Both the position numbers and the translations under genes were made by a program. A stretch of DNA of 64,000 nucleotides from the NCBI RefSeq assembly GCF_009914755.1, contig NC_060927.1; one strand, given 5' to 3'. This document shows positions 46,727 through 63,174 of this stretch, one piece after another. This DNA is from the human T2T-CHM13v2.0 reference genome, Homo sapiens. A model generated the notes under the pieces. The model had not been told where the DNA came from. It was given only the letters and a program-made list of their open reading frames with translations, and ran no database searches. Every line of letters starts with the position of its first letter. The stretch's first letter is position 1.

Positions 46727-47736
46727 ATATAATGTAATGTATTTGTGTGTTTAGCTACGTGGTAGGGAGTAATGAAATAACCATTTACTGAGCTCTGCCT
46801 ATGGTGGGAGTGGGAGAAATGACTTTATCTGAATAATAGAAACTGCCAAAATCTTGATGGATCTTATAAAGAAAATACAACTGATAAACAGCTTTCTTTT
46901 TTGTTTAATGTTTTGGGTGGCTTCTCAAAATACTCTAAGTAAATCATGTCTGTGAAAGATACTGTTTAGATTTTTATATCTTAAATACCTGGAGACTAAA
47001 TGACATCAACTGACGCTGTACTGAGCTCTGGAAGTCTTTTCAAAGAATATACTTTTTTAGTCGGGCCTACTGGTATATACTTTCCATCTTTTTCAATAAC
47101 TGGGGGAGGAAAGAGCATGTTAATGGTATCTAATGGTTTCCTTTTTTTTGGTCATTAGTATCTGTAATGATAAAGAATTAATATAACATTCAATGGAGTA
47201 GTTAGGATAATTACCATTTTTACTTAGACCTCAATTTAAATCCTAATCAAATTGGGAGGGGTGTTAACTCTGTAAATTCATTAACTTGGTTTATTAAAAT
47301 CTAAGCCTTTGCATTGCTTACTTTTTTCAGATATTATTGCCTGTAAGGAACCATTGCTTCTAGCTCATTTATATGGATAAGAATATTGATACAGGGCCTG
47401 GAGGAAATTTGTTTTGACCAAAAAGAGAACATATTCTGAGGGGCTGATATCAGCGTTATTGTTTTGCTATTAGTCAGGTAATTATAGAAAGCTTTGTTGT
47501 ATTACTGAAGATGTTCATTGACTTTGTTTCTTTAGATTGGATTGTGGGGAGGAGTAGGGCAGTAAAAAGGAAGAGAGTGGAAAAGTTAAGTATTCTAAAA
47601 TTTGAACTCTTCAGGAGAAACAGAAATGATATTCGTTAACTCTTCCAGGTAAAAAGGAAGAATAATTTCTAATCTTTTGGATATTGTGTTATTTTGTTAT
47701 CACTTGCTCTCCTTTCCCTTTCCTCTTGAAATAATT

Positions 47737-48036
<300 letters not shown>

Positions 48037-49749
48037 TGAAATAATATTTTTAAAGACTGATAGTGAGTTAATGTTTTGTGGTGAGAATTTAATGATTCCC
48101 ATTTTGAAGTTGCTGTAGACATTTTAGGGTGTTACAAAGCCAAGACTTGAAGATTACTGCTCTGGGCTACTAAGTCAGGTGTCATTGAAGAGGTTGAAAT
48201 TTAGAAGATAGGTACAGCAAAACTACTGTTCTCATAGATCTATTTATATTCATGTCTCTCTGAATTACGTACTTTTTTTGTTATAACAGTACAGCTTGGT
48301 ACCTGTGTTGTGTTTGGTTCAGCATTCCAAAGATGGATGGGTGAAGATGTTTTCTTTCAAGGATCTTTTGGATATAGTAGGACATTTACACTCTGAGTGT
48401 CAAGGAGTACATCATACACATCCATATTATAATAATTGATAATTATGGCCAAAATCAATCTGTTTCTACCTTTGCTACCCTTTATAGCAATGTTTTTTTT
48501 TTTTTAATGTTAGCAAGAGTGTTGTACTTTAAAAGGATTAGACTCAACTTCATTATGTCAGAGCTGGTGCTTGTCTTACTCAGCACTGTATTCCCAGCAC
48601 CGTGAAAAGTAAATAGAACGTAGAAGAATAAATGAATGAATGAATGAATGTTGCTATAAAAGATATGAGATCTTCCCTTACTATAAGTCTTCATCTGTAC
48701 TTCTAACAAATTTTATTGAATCTGTCTCTATAATCAGAAATTTAAATGTGGGAACACAAGCCACAGTGTTTTCTGTAAAGTATATTTTAAAAGTCTAGTC
48801 TAGAAAAATTTATCCTCAAAATTTTACTTATAAATTCTCTGTGAAGAAACTTTCTTCTCTGAATTTTGCCTGTTGAATGCACATATATTTGTTTTAATTC
48901 ATAAATGAAACTTCTATAGGCTTATCTTACATGGAAAAAGACAAGGAGGGAAGATTAATGAGCAAACGCAAATTACAGAGAAGCAGGAGACATCTATCAT
49001 ATGTCGAACTATAGCTTTATTATTAACTGCCAGGATTATTACACTGATAACTGTTCTTTTTTTTTTAAAACAAGATTTTACTTGATTTTCCAAATAAATT
49101 GTTTTTGTTATTCATATAAAATTAAATTTGATTTTTTAAATATTAAGAATACTTTTTGTGCTTCCAAACTATGTATACACTTATTTAAACATCTACAAAA
49201 TTATAAAAATATTTATGATTACAAAAAGAATGATTTTATATTGTATTTTAGCTTTTAAATTATAGCCAGTGTTTTTTTTCTTTGTTTAAGTGCTGTATAC
49301 TTTGTGGCGCAGAATTATATTTCTGTTTTTAAAAAGCATGTAGGTAGCTATGCTTATAAAATGATGTGAAATATTGGTGATCCCAGGATATGTGTAAGTT
49401 TTCTCTTTGATGGCTGACAATTTACATTGAGAAATTGTTTTATAGTGGCAGTTTAGCTAGGTAACTGAATATAAATTTAAATGCATTTGTTTTAATAGCA
49501 TATTTTATCTTGTCTTGTTTTCTAATTGAAGAGAAGGGGCCAAAGCTAAGTTTGTATAGAATTTAAATTCACTTGGATATAGTACTTAAGCATATTAGTC
49601 AATATTTATAAAAAAAGATAGATGCACTAAAGTTCTCCTATTAAGGTTTTAAGATTATTGATTGGAAAAGAGTTGGAAAATATCTTTTTGTCCCTGTTTC
49701 TCCCTATATAGCCTTCTTGAAGTTTCTCCAAATTAGATTTTAAATGCCA

Positions 49750-50450
49750 ATTAGGAGGTTGAGTATACTAAAATAAAAGCAAATGCAACCAAAATGGCCT
49801 CACCTTATGGCTAGTTAGGGTTTTGAGAGAATAAGCGGAACCTTTGCTCTGAGCATGGCTTTGAGAAAGATATTCATCTTAATGAACACATTAATTAGAA
49901 CCATAACTATTTATAAGATAATTAGAAATGAAGCTTGGTAAACTGAGCTTTTCCTGCAATTAATGGAGGATTAATTACTGGAGGTAATGAAGTGGATTTT
50001 TAAATGCATTAAGGTGAAGTACAGAGATGAGCAAGGCTTTGTGATAGTTGCATAATTATTTCAGGCTGTTTGAGCATAGCTCATATGAGATCGTTAATAA
50101 GCATCATTGCATCGTTATGTATGCACTTAAAAAGACTTACCACCAAAATGACTGCCTAATTATTTCTAATTGGCAGGACTCTGTGTAGTCATTGAGCTGT
50201 TTGTAGCCATTTTAAGGTTCATTTAACTATCCTTGGGGCCATGTGATAGATGGAAAAAGCTTCAACTACATGCTGGCCTTGGCTGGCGCCGTTAATCAAT
50301 TTTGGTGGGCTTCAGCTTAAATGCATTTTCTTGTGCAGAGGTCAAAACCTGAAGTAGTCCAAGCGAAGTTTTGCTTTTTGAAGCCACTTGACTGTATTCA
50401 TTAGCAATTAGTAAAATAATTGTGTCTGTCACTATATTTGGATTTCCATA
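49750..50450. promoter_or_regulatory. Candidate developmental enhancer (repeat-free, TAATTA/TAAT-dense)
   Basis: Clustered homeodomain cores at 49891, 49919, 49957, 49971, 50054, 50157, 50167 and 50292 in apparently unique sequence. Confidence 0.45.
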
Positions 50451-51904
50451 TGACTTGGTATTCTTTTATCACTGTCTCTTCTTATTCCATATTTGCTCCA
50501 CTGGAAACAAAATATTCTTCCAACAAACCCTTTTAGCAACTTCAGTGTAGTGGCATATGTTTCCATATACTACCTTTCTTCATTCATTTATTAGCTTAAA
50601 CAGTGTAGTACATTTCAACACAATCATCTAATTTGCTCCTGATTGATTGCTGGTGAAAGTTTCTACTCAAGGACAACATTTTAGGGCTTTTAAGGACATC
50701 TCTAAGGAATTAGTCATTAAGCATTAAGAGAGGAAGTAAGAAGTAGTCAAATCCAATTCTGACATTTACCAGAGTTTTGTAGTTAGAAGCATCTATATCT
50801 AAGATGTTGAAAGCTATACATATTTTTTGCACCTATCCCCACAAGGACACATGATAACAGGCAAATTGTGTGACGGGGATAAGCTGGGTAATGTCTACAT
50901 TTACTTTTAAAAGTTTCTTAAATAAGTATATTAGTAATGTAGTGCTTTTATCGAAATAATTTAGAAATCTTTGAATGTCAATTTTAAATAGTGTGTCATT
51001 CTTTATAATATAATTGATATAAAGTTTTTTAATCATATGATATCAGATTTAATGTGACATCCCATTAGCTAAGCATCTGTAAAGGTTTTCAATGAGCTTG
51101 TTGTCTTGTTACACGTAATCATAACCATGTGTGGGAGGTTGTCAAGATATATATGCCATTAGAAAGGTTTAAGAAAACAGAGGTGAAGCAAATTGTAGGC
51201 TAATAAAATAACGGTCAATTATGCCCTTTTGTTATGAAAAATGTGGTTCTAATCATTTCCTTAATGTTAATGCTTAAGGTTAAAATTATTTATGCAGAAT
51301 ATTTTAAGGTATTGCCAACTTTATTGAAACTAGATGTGTGTATTTAGTTCCCTTAACAATTTCATTATTCAAGAATTTGGAGGCTTAAATGTGAATCAGG
51401 CAATGCATATTTCTTAGGAACTGACTTAATTACTGTGGACTTTAGTCTATTGTTTCAGTATTTAGAAACAAATGGATTGAACTGTTTAATCTCTCAAATC
51501 AATCAACTTGTTCTCTGCTAGAATTATGAACTTCCTTTTGCTTTTTGTTAATACCTTTTGAATATTTTGAACACATATTTTAAGAGAAAGAGGAAACGTG
51601 AAACTAATACATAGATTGCTTGTTTACAATAAGTACCCGAACTTCTACAAACTTAGATTGTATCTTAATAGAATTTTTTTTGTCTTTGGCTATTGGGAAA
51701 TGCTCGTCTTGTTTTTATAGCTTAGAATAAAAGAAAAATAACAACTTAGTGGTTAGGATAGAATTCCCTTTTTTTTGTAGTCAGAAATATACATTCTGTA
51801 CATCTATCAAGTTGTCACAATTGTTTTATCCTTTGAGGCTGTAAATTGGATTTTAAATTTTAGATTTTGGATTAGGGTCTGTTTTATTTGTGTGGTGGTA
51901 TATT

Positions 51905-52220
51905 TTCTTCTCTCTCTCTTTTTTTCTTTTCTTTTTTGAAGTGGGGTCTCACTCTGTCACCCAAGCTGCAGTGCAGTAGTACGATCTCGGCTCACTGCAA
52001 CCTCTGCCTCTCAGGCTCTAGGGATTCTCCCACCTCAGCTTCCTGAGTAGCTGGGACCACAGGCACATGCACACCACCACACAGAGCTAATTTTTGTGTA
52101 TTTTGTAGAAACAGAGTTTCACCATGTTGCCTAGGCTGGTCTCAAACTCCTGGGCTCAAGTGATCCACCCGCCTTGGCCTTCCAAAGGGCTGGGATTACA
52201 GGCGTGAACCACTGTGCCCA
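51905..52220 (-). mobile_element. AluJ
   Basis: Pyrimidine tail plus antisense Alu dimer. Confidence 0.9.
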
Positions 52221-52762
52221 GGTATATTTTCTAAATCTAGCTTTAGGTGGTTATTTTAGGGAATTGCAGTTGTGAGGCACTTATTGCTAAACTTAAATGG
52301 GCAAAATGTTAATATTTCACTCAAGTAAATCCTTTTTATGTTTCATAAGTTTGTGCAGAAAGTATGAAAATGTTGTTAGAAAATGGGACAGTGTTCTAGA
52401 AAAATGGGGCAGTATTTTAATGTTATTTTGTTGGCTTTCATCTGTATATTTAACTACACTGGTAAATAATTAGATATATTAATATGTGCTAGTTATAACT
52501 AGAAGGAAAATGTTACTCTAGGATTCCTGTGTACTTCAGTTTCTTCAAGCATATGGACATAACCAAGACAGCCATGCACATTGGGGCTTGGCTTCACTTG
52601 CTGTTTTTTGGATCTGTGGTACAACTACGTCAGGAACCTCTGGTTAGCCTCTTTGAAGGTAAGAAACTAGGGAGCAAAGGCGAGACATTCTAGCCAAGTT
52701 CCCTAAAAGCTGTCAGTCTACCTACCATCAGACTTGTGAGTGAGGGAGGGTATCGTAGACCT

Positions 52763-52970
52763 GGGTTTAGCAAAGTCAGATTAACTGTTTTACTGCCTGT
52801 TTTTGTAAATAAAATTTTATTGAAACACAGCTACACTAATTTGTTTATTGTCTGTGGCTTCCCTCTACAATAGCAGTGTTGGATAGTTGCTACAGAGACC
52901 TCATCCCCCGCTCTCCACTGCAAGCCTAACATTTTTATTATCTAGCCCTTTAAGGAAGAATTTGTGGACT
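52763..52970. mobile_element. MER58A-like hAT MITE
   Basis: ctgcctgtttttgtaaataaaattttattgaaacacagc hallmark. Confidence 0.75.
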
Positions 52971-53596
52971 ATTATTGCCCTTGATCATTTAGCTTCTACC
53001 ACCATCAAATGACTCAGCTGATCCAGCTAACCACAAGAATTAGTCATACCCACTGAGCCTGGATGAACCTCCAGTTGATCTAGAGAATTGTGTGAAATAA
53101 TAAATGTTTGTTGTTTTAAGCTTTAAAGTTTTGAGACAGTTTATTATGCAATAAAAAATTAACTGATGTCACATTGAAGCATACGTACCAATAGGAGAAC
53201 AAGAGTGGTTTTTCCATGTGATTTGTTTAGTCACTCTCATTTTGACATATTAAAACATCTCAGTGATTTTCATTCTTTTTATTTATAGATTTTTTAAAAA
53301 ACACTTTGGTAAAGTTTTTGTTATAAATTCTATTTTATTAAGATGGTGGACATAGTTGAGAAGGGTTTATTTTGTTACTATTCGTTAAGATTATAATTGT
53401 TGCAATTTTGGTTATAATTTTTGGTACAAGTGCCTCAGGGATTATCTAGATAATAATGATACTTGGTTTCTTGGCTGTAGAACTAGTAACTAGTTTATTA
53501 GTTAATGTTGGAGGATATAACAAATAGTTAACATTGCTTAAAACCATTTTGGGGTACTGTATTGGATTTCTTGTATAGCTAAGGTTGCTTTTGGTT

Positions 53597-54282
53597 TGAG
53601 AAATTAAAATGAAATTTTAAGCTCCCCAAACAACTGAACAGACCCCCTTTTGGCCAAGGGGACCCCAGAGAAGCTTTGAAAAGTGAGTCGCCAGCCTTCA
53701 CAAGATCGGATGGGAGGTTGAACCCACCTCGTTGTTCCCGCTCCCTATAATAACAGCCATTAGACTTCCTTCCCTAAGAGTTAAATAGAAACCAGCCCTT
53801 TGGAAAGACTCCCTTCACCCCTAATATCAGCGTGATGCTGCCTTTCCCTTTTGTGGTTTTCACAAAACAACCAACTAGTATTTCTTTCAGTAAGAGACCA
53901 CCAACCACAAAGTATGTACAGTGAGAGTTTTTGTGTCCTCTGCTTCACCTTTTGACATCAGAGGGATGAAAACTCAAAGGATTATGCTAACCCTTCCGTT
54001 TTTGAGCATGAGTCCCAGGGATGGGCATGAAACTGAATTGTGCATATGCATGTTTCTCCTTTCACAAATATTAATGACTCCTGCTATAGTTTACTGATTA
54101 TGTGTATTTGGCCACCTCATTCAGCATAAATCCCTATCTTATTCTTCCCACCCTGGAAGTGTTTGCTTCTGGCTTCTGGCCAGAAGCTATATCTCCTAGC
54201 CTGTTGGAATGCTGCACACCCTTTATGAGAAATAAAGCTCTTTCTACTTTCCAAATTTATGAACCTCATTCTTCAGTTGACA
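53597..54282 (+). mobile_element. ERV1 solo LTR (MER50-like)
   Basis: TG...CA ends, ggtt/gatt flanks, ttggccaaggggaccccagag motif, AATAAA at 54231. Confidence 0.7.
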
Positions 54283-55159
54283 GATTATATTCTCTTTAAA
54301 CTTCTCCTAGAGTACAATTATTGCTGCCTTATTTTTTGTTTTGATTGCCTGTTTTTCTCTGTGAGAAGATTCAGAATTGCATTCTGAAAGAAATCTTGGC
54401 CCTAACCCCATCTGCTTCTCTTGGCTCACCTAATGAATGGGATAGGTTACTCATTCTGTTCAGACTGTGGTCTTTTTTATTAAGATCCTCAGTTTCTATA
54501 AGAGGGTACTTCTAACCCTCTCTGGGTTGACTGTTACGATATATGTCTCTGTACTACAGTGGCTACATAAAATAGTTGCTCACCAGGTACTTGTCAGAGA
54601 ATATAATCTTACTATTATGTAGAACCTTTCAAAACTTTGCCAAGAAGAATATTTATGCTGTAATGCTTAAGGATATATAGTATACGTATTTCTTTTTTAG
54701 TTTAAAATCAACCCCTTATTTAAGCCCAAGTCTTATATCTGGGCTTACTGTATTGATCTTCTTTAGAATTGATTTTATGGAATTGTCTCTTGGCATTTAG
54801 GGAAATTATTGGAAATTACCCTGTGAAATTTATTGGAGAGTTTAATAATAAAATAAAATCTCAAGATTAGGCTTAGTTGTACCTAATTTGTTCACCTGGC
54901 TTATTTTTATTCTATGAACATTATGACCTTGCTTCTTTTGAGGCAGCTGTTGCAAAACTTGAAGCCAGATTTTTTGTTTAATTCTAGCAAATATAAGGGC
55001 CTTATGTCTTCTTTTATATGTTAACCTCTTTCTGGTCTGCCTTTTTTTTTTTTTCTGTTTGCTTTTGCTCTTCCTTGTTCTCCCTTTTACCATTTTTATT
55101 GTATAGTATATATGTTTCTGGAATAATGTGAGGGTTTAAACAAGAAAGCATACCTGTGA

Positions 55160-57030
55160 AGTCCTTTAGACTTTTGGTGCTTGAAAAGATCGAATAAATC
55201 CACTCAGCCCATTTTCCCCACTAATTACAACTAAAAATGCTGGACCGAATACTAGCAGCAACTACTTTACAGTTTGGAAACAATAGCAAGTAGACTGGGG
55301 AGGATACTCAAAACTTAAAGAAGTGTCTCATATGCACTGAGTTGCTCATTTTTATTTCCTCTTTGCTGTCCTGGATTTGACTCGGAGTAGTCCCAGTTGT
55401 AGAATTGCACAGTGGGCAAGGGAAGCAAAGACCCTCAGAGAAAACCCTCATATTTCTAACTAGACTATGGGGAAAGGAGATCCTGTAAGCCAGAGTGTGT
55501 AGGGGCAATTATTGTTTTTTTAAATTTTTTCTTCATTTTTCCCATCTTTTCTCCCCAGCCCTCCTTTGAAGGCAGCCCCAAATATGGAATGTAGAGCTCT
55601 TATTCATTTTTCCTCTCTCTTTTCTTTCTCTGCTTTGCCCCAAGAACCACCCCAGTCATGTGGAACTGCATGATGGCAGCACAGGTAGCTCAGACTCCAA
55701 GAAAAAACCATCCTTTTTTGCCAGTGATCTGGGAAAAGTTGCTCCTGGGAGCCAGAATTTAGGAGTAACCCCAGAAAAGAGAGAACCAGAGAAAGAGATC
55801 CTCTTATTCTGTGTATGACTGGCACAAGACCTGGACTCACCCTTACAGTGCATGTGAGTGGAGAGATTCAAAGGAGCATAACAAAAGCTTTGGAAACTGA
55901 ACTGACATTGGAACTACAACCCACAGAATGTGAGGTAGAACTTTTGATCTAAACCAAACTGGACTGATTGCTTGCTAAAATAAACAACAAAATCAACATT
56001 CTACAGAGCATTTTGCTAGTATACACAGTCTTACAACATGATAAACAAAAGGTCCACTATATAATCCAAAGGTACTTAGCATACAAATAAGCAGGAAAAT
56101 GTGACTAATATTTAAGGGAAAAGACAATCAACAGATGGCAACTCCAAGATGAACTGGATATTGGAACTATTAGATGATGACTTTAAAGTAGCTATTACAA
56201 GTGTGTCCTCCAGAGTAAAGGTAAGCCCTTCTGAAATGAATAGAAAGATAGAACTTTTTAGTAGAGAAATATAACCTGTAAAAAAGAACCAAGTAGAAAT
56301 TTTGGCACTGAAAAATACAATATCTAAACAAAAATACAAAGAATGGGCTCAGTATCACACTGGAGATGACAAAGGAAGGAGTAAACCTGAAGATAGATAA
56401 ATGGCCTGGTGTGGTGGCTCACATCTGTAATCCTAGCACTTTGGGAGGCTCAGGCAGGAGGATTGCTTGAGGCCAGCAGTTCAAGACAAGGCTGAACCAA
56501 ATAGACAGATCCTGTATCTACCAAAAATAAAAAAATTCAGCCAGGCGTCATTGTGCATGCCTGTAGTCCTAGCTACCCAAGAGGCTGAGGTGGGAGGATG
56601 ACATGAATCCTGGAAGGTCAAGGCATGAGCAAACCATGATCATCCCACTGCACTCCAGCCTGGGTAACAGAGCAAGGCTGTGTCGCTTCAACAACAACAA
56701 CAACAACAACAACAAAAACCGTACATAAATGAAATAATTCAATCTGAAGAACAATGAAAAAAAGAATTTAAAAACAGTGAAGGAAAACTCGGTAACATGT
56801 GAGACAATAATAAAATATCTTCTTATATGTGTGTAATTAGAGTTTCAGAACAAGAAAAGAGAGAGAATTTTGTAGAAAACATTTGAAGAAGTAATGGCTA
56901 AAAATTTTCTAAATTTGATAAAGTTATACATTTTTAGATTTAAGAAACTCAGTGAATCCCAAACAGGATAAACTGAAAGGAAACCATGCCCAGACATATT
57001 ATAATCAAACTGCTAAAAAACGTAAAGGAG
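55160..57030 (+). mobile_element. Old L1M 5'/ORF1 region
   Basis: A-rich sense L1 ORF1-like sequence (aaaatatttgaagaa...cccagacatattataatcaaact-type motifs). Confidence 0.65.
56403..56718 (+). mobile_element. AluJ with (CAA)n tail
   Basis: Sense Alu dimer. Confidence 0.9.
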
Positions 57031-58299
57031 AATTATTTTAACTGTTCACAATTTTACCATTAAATGAAATATTTATCTTTTTGGCATTTATGTATTCTGC
57101 TTTGCTACTCAGATATGCATTAATATACTTCCTCTTGTGCATAACTGGGAACAGTTAGGAATAAGGAAAACAGTGTTTCATTTTTGTGCAATTATGAAGA
57201 TACTTTTTTAAAGAACAACTTTAACATACTGTGTTGAAACATTAAAAGGAAGAAATATGTTAGTAGCACATCTCTCCTCCAAACTTATGCAGTTATCCTG
57301 ACAATTGATTTAGTTGACCCTTCTAGGTTAAAAAGGTTAGCTAGCGTGTGTTTCTTCACATTTTCACCAGGGAATGTGAACCCATTTTTGGCCCTTTGAA
57401 AATTTCCTAAAATTAAACATGGCTATTCACATGTCATCATCTTTTAGGATGTTTACTTAATCTATTTTTTAATATTAGAAGCGGCTAGTAGTCTTTATTT
57501 AAAAATTCATTGTTAATTGTTTTAACTCTGTGAGGTTAAAACAATTTAAATAAGTTTAGGCTCTGCCTAATTTAGTAATGAAATAAATGTTGCATAAGTA
57601 ATTGGTTGTGAAAACTTTTCATCTGAATTTGTGCTAATCATTTGCTTAGCATAGAAACTAGACTTCTTTTTTATCCCCTTTGTAAGAAACTTGATGTTGA
57701 CTTAGGATATGTGGTTTTTTAAAAGATAACCTTGTTTCAGTTTTTACAGTCGATATGTATCTATCTAATTTATCTATGATAGTTACTGATTTGTATAATT
57801 AAATTTTTGCCCACTGATTTATATCTGTGATTATTTACATATACACATATCAAATATAAATCATAGGCTTTATAGAGAATATAAGACGAGTTTAACCTTG
57901 TTTATAATTATATAAATATACTTTATATGCATTTAAACATAGACTGGATTATTTATATATTTATAAAACAATCATCTATTGGTGGGGCTGGAGCAGGCAG
58001 ACCATTTGCTCATAACTCAATTTTTCAGTGTCTATTGACTTTTCGTAACTCTATAGAATCTGATATTTTTAACTAAGTCAGTAGGTGCATGCTTTGCATT
58101 TAACACTAATTTGAAATATATTTATTTTTAATAAAAGCACACTTCGTTGTTATTAAGATCTAAATCTTACTGTTATGTTAACTTCAAGTCTTCTATTGTC
58201 TATAAAACCTTCCCCAATTTTTTGCTTTCTACTCAGATTTTACATATTTATGTATGTATATATCACTAAATATACATTAAGAATTGACCAAGAAAGTCA

Positions 58300-58870
58300 A
58301 ACAAAAATTTACTGTATGAACTAGCAATTCCACTCTTAGCCATCTACCCAAGAGAAATGTACGAAAACATTTATCCACACAAAGACTTGCACATGAATGT
58401 TCTCAGCAGCATTATTTATAATAGCCTAAAGGTGGAAACAAATGCTCATCAACTGATGAACGAATAAACAAAATGTGGTATATCTCTACCATGTAATATT
58501 ATTCAACATTAAAAGGAACCAACCACTGATGAATGCTATGACATGAATGGACTTGAAAAATTATGAGAAGTGAAAGAAGCCAAGTTCAAGAAATCACATA
58601 CTGTACCATTCTATTTATATAAAATATTCAGGAAAAAACAGTCTATAAAGACAAAATAGATTAGTGATTGCCTAGGGTTGGGGTGGGGGGTGGAATTAAT
58701 AGTATATGAATATGAGAGATTTTCTCTGGGTGAAGAAAATGCTCGCAAGTTGATTTATTGTGGTCGTACAACTTGGTAAATTTACTAAAAAGTCATTGAG
58801 TTTTACATATAAAATGGATGAATTTTATGGTATGTAAAATATATCTCAACAAAGTTATTTTTAAAAAAAG
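58300..58870 (+). mobile_element. Old L1M 3' region
   Basis: ctagcaattccactcttag...aaaatgtggtatatc...ttagtgattgcctaggg motifs. Confidence 0.75.
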
Positions 58871-59089
58871 ATTCAAGATAATATATTTTCTCTCAACGTT
58901 GGGGTTGTAGCCACTCGAAGCCCTGCCTTAATGCTTGGCATTTGATAAGTGTGCTTAATGAATGGTTGATTTATTTTTTTAATGAGTTGAGCTTTCAAAA
59001 TTAAATGGAGTCTAATACCTAGGAAAGTTTTCTAGAGAGACAAATCCCAAACCAATAAGTAAGCTAAATGAAGTTTATTTGTTTATTTA

Positions 59090-60467
59090 AAACTTTTTAT
59101 TCAAGTAACCAATAATGGATAAAAATGTAGAAATGATAAATGTTCAGCTCAATGAATTACTGTATTATAGAATTAACACTGTTGTGTAAATACTACTGAG
59201 GTCAAGAATTAGAATGTTAAGAATACCCTTGAACCCCTGCTCATACCCCTCACAATCATTATTATTTCCCAGTTCACCAAAGATAACATTATACTGACTT
59301 CTAAATCCATTTAGAAGTTTTGGTGTTTTTGAACTTTACATAAATGCACTCATTACATTAGTGTGTAATCCTTTATGTCTGGCTTATTTTGCTCAACTTT
59401 CTTCATGAGATTTATTAATGTTGTTTCATGTAGCTCTCATTCATCATTGTACAATATTCCATAATATAAACATGCCACAATTTATCTTTTAACAATGGAT
59501 ATCTAGATTGTATCCATTTTGGTATTACAAAGAATGGTACTAAAACCTTTTTGCTACATGTCTCCTTTGCCTGTGCATTCATTTCTTTTGTGTATATACT
59601 TTGGAATGAAATTGCTAGATTATAGAATATGTGTATGTCCAACTTGTTTATACTCATTTAAATCCCTACCATTGGTATATGAGAGTTCTCTGTGCTCTAC
59701 ATCCCTGCCAACATTTGCTATTGTCAATTAATTAGGCTTTAGCTATTCTGGTGGGCATATAGTACTATCCCTTTGGGTTTTAATTTTATTCCCCTGGTGA
59801 TTAATGAAGTTGAGCACATTTTCATGTTTTAGTTGGCCATGTGGATAATCTCTTTTATGAAATGCTTGTTTAGTCTCATCTATTTTTATATTAGGCAATT
59901 GGTTACTTAATGATTTGTGGCAGTTTTTAAGGGTTTTTTTTCATATATTCTGGTTATAAACCCTTTGTTGATATTATTTCAAATATCTTCTTCCATTCTG
60001 TGGCTTACCTTTTTACTCTAATGATGGTGTCATTTAATGCATAAGACTTCTTAATTTTAATGTAGCAGCCTTTCCTTTGTGGTTAGTACTTTTTGTGTTT
60101 GTTAAAATCAATTGCAGTCTCTTCCAAGATCTTGAAGAAAATCTCTTAGAAACTCTATCATTGTATCTTTAATACTTAAATCTGGTATTTATTTTCATGT
60201 GTGGTGTGTATGGTATGATTTTTTTTTGATGTTCATCCAGTTGACCCATTACTACTTATTGAAAAGACCTTCCTTTTTTTCACTGTTCTCTAGGGCTATC
60301 ATTGTCCTAAATCAAGTGCCCATATATGGTTGGTTCATATGGATTCTCTATTGTCTTTCATTGATGTGTTTATCCTTACACCAATTCCGCGTTGCCCTAC
60401 TTAATTAGTGTTGCTTAAATTAAGTCTCATATAAGGGAAATTCTTCTATCCAGTTCTTTTTTGTAAG
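59090..60467 (-). mobile_element. Old L1M block (resumes after 62545)
   Basis: Antisense L1 3' and ORF2 motifs. Confidence 0.7.
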
Positions 60468-60482
60468 AATATGTTGGCAAAC

Positions 60483-62529
<2,047 letters not shown>

Positions 62530-62837
62530 AATATGTTGGCAAACATTGGCCATTTGCAATATAACTTTATATCAATATTTAATATCAATATACTTTTTAG
62601 AATCATCTTGACTGTTTCTAAAAGCAAAAAATGTGATTTCGTTGGGATTTCATTGACTCTACAGATTAGTATGGAGAGAATTGACACAAAATTTTCTATT
62701 TTTATGTGTGTCCGATAGGAGTTTGTCAATTCACTTTTTCAAATTTATTAGCAGGATATTGTTTTTAGCACCTTCTTTTTGTTATCTGTAGACTGTTGTC
62801 TTTTAATAATTATTTGAATCTTCTGTTTTCATTCCTG

Positions 62838-63174
62838 TTGTTGTTTTGTTTTTTTGTTTGTTTGTTTTTTGTTTTAAGACAAGCTCTCACTCTGTTGCCC
62901 AGACTGGAGTGCTGTGGCAGGATATCATGATCTCATGATCTCAGCTCACTGCAACTTGCACCTCCCAGGTTCAAGCTATTGTCCCACCTCCACCTCCCGA
63001 GTAGCTGGGACTACAGGTGCATGCCACCACGCCCAGCAAATTTTTGTATTTTTTGGTACAGATGGGGTTTCACCATGTTGGCCAGACTGGTCTCAATCTC
63101 TGACCTCAAGTGATCTGCCATCTTCAGCCTCCCAGAGTGCTGGGATTACAGGCATGAGCCACTGCTCCTGGCCC
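62838..63174 (-). mobile_element. Alu
   Basis: (GTTT)n tail plus antisense Alu dimer. Confidence 0.9.
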
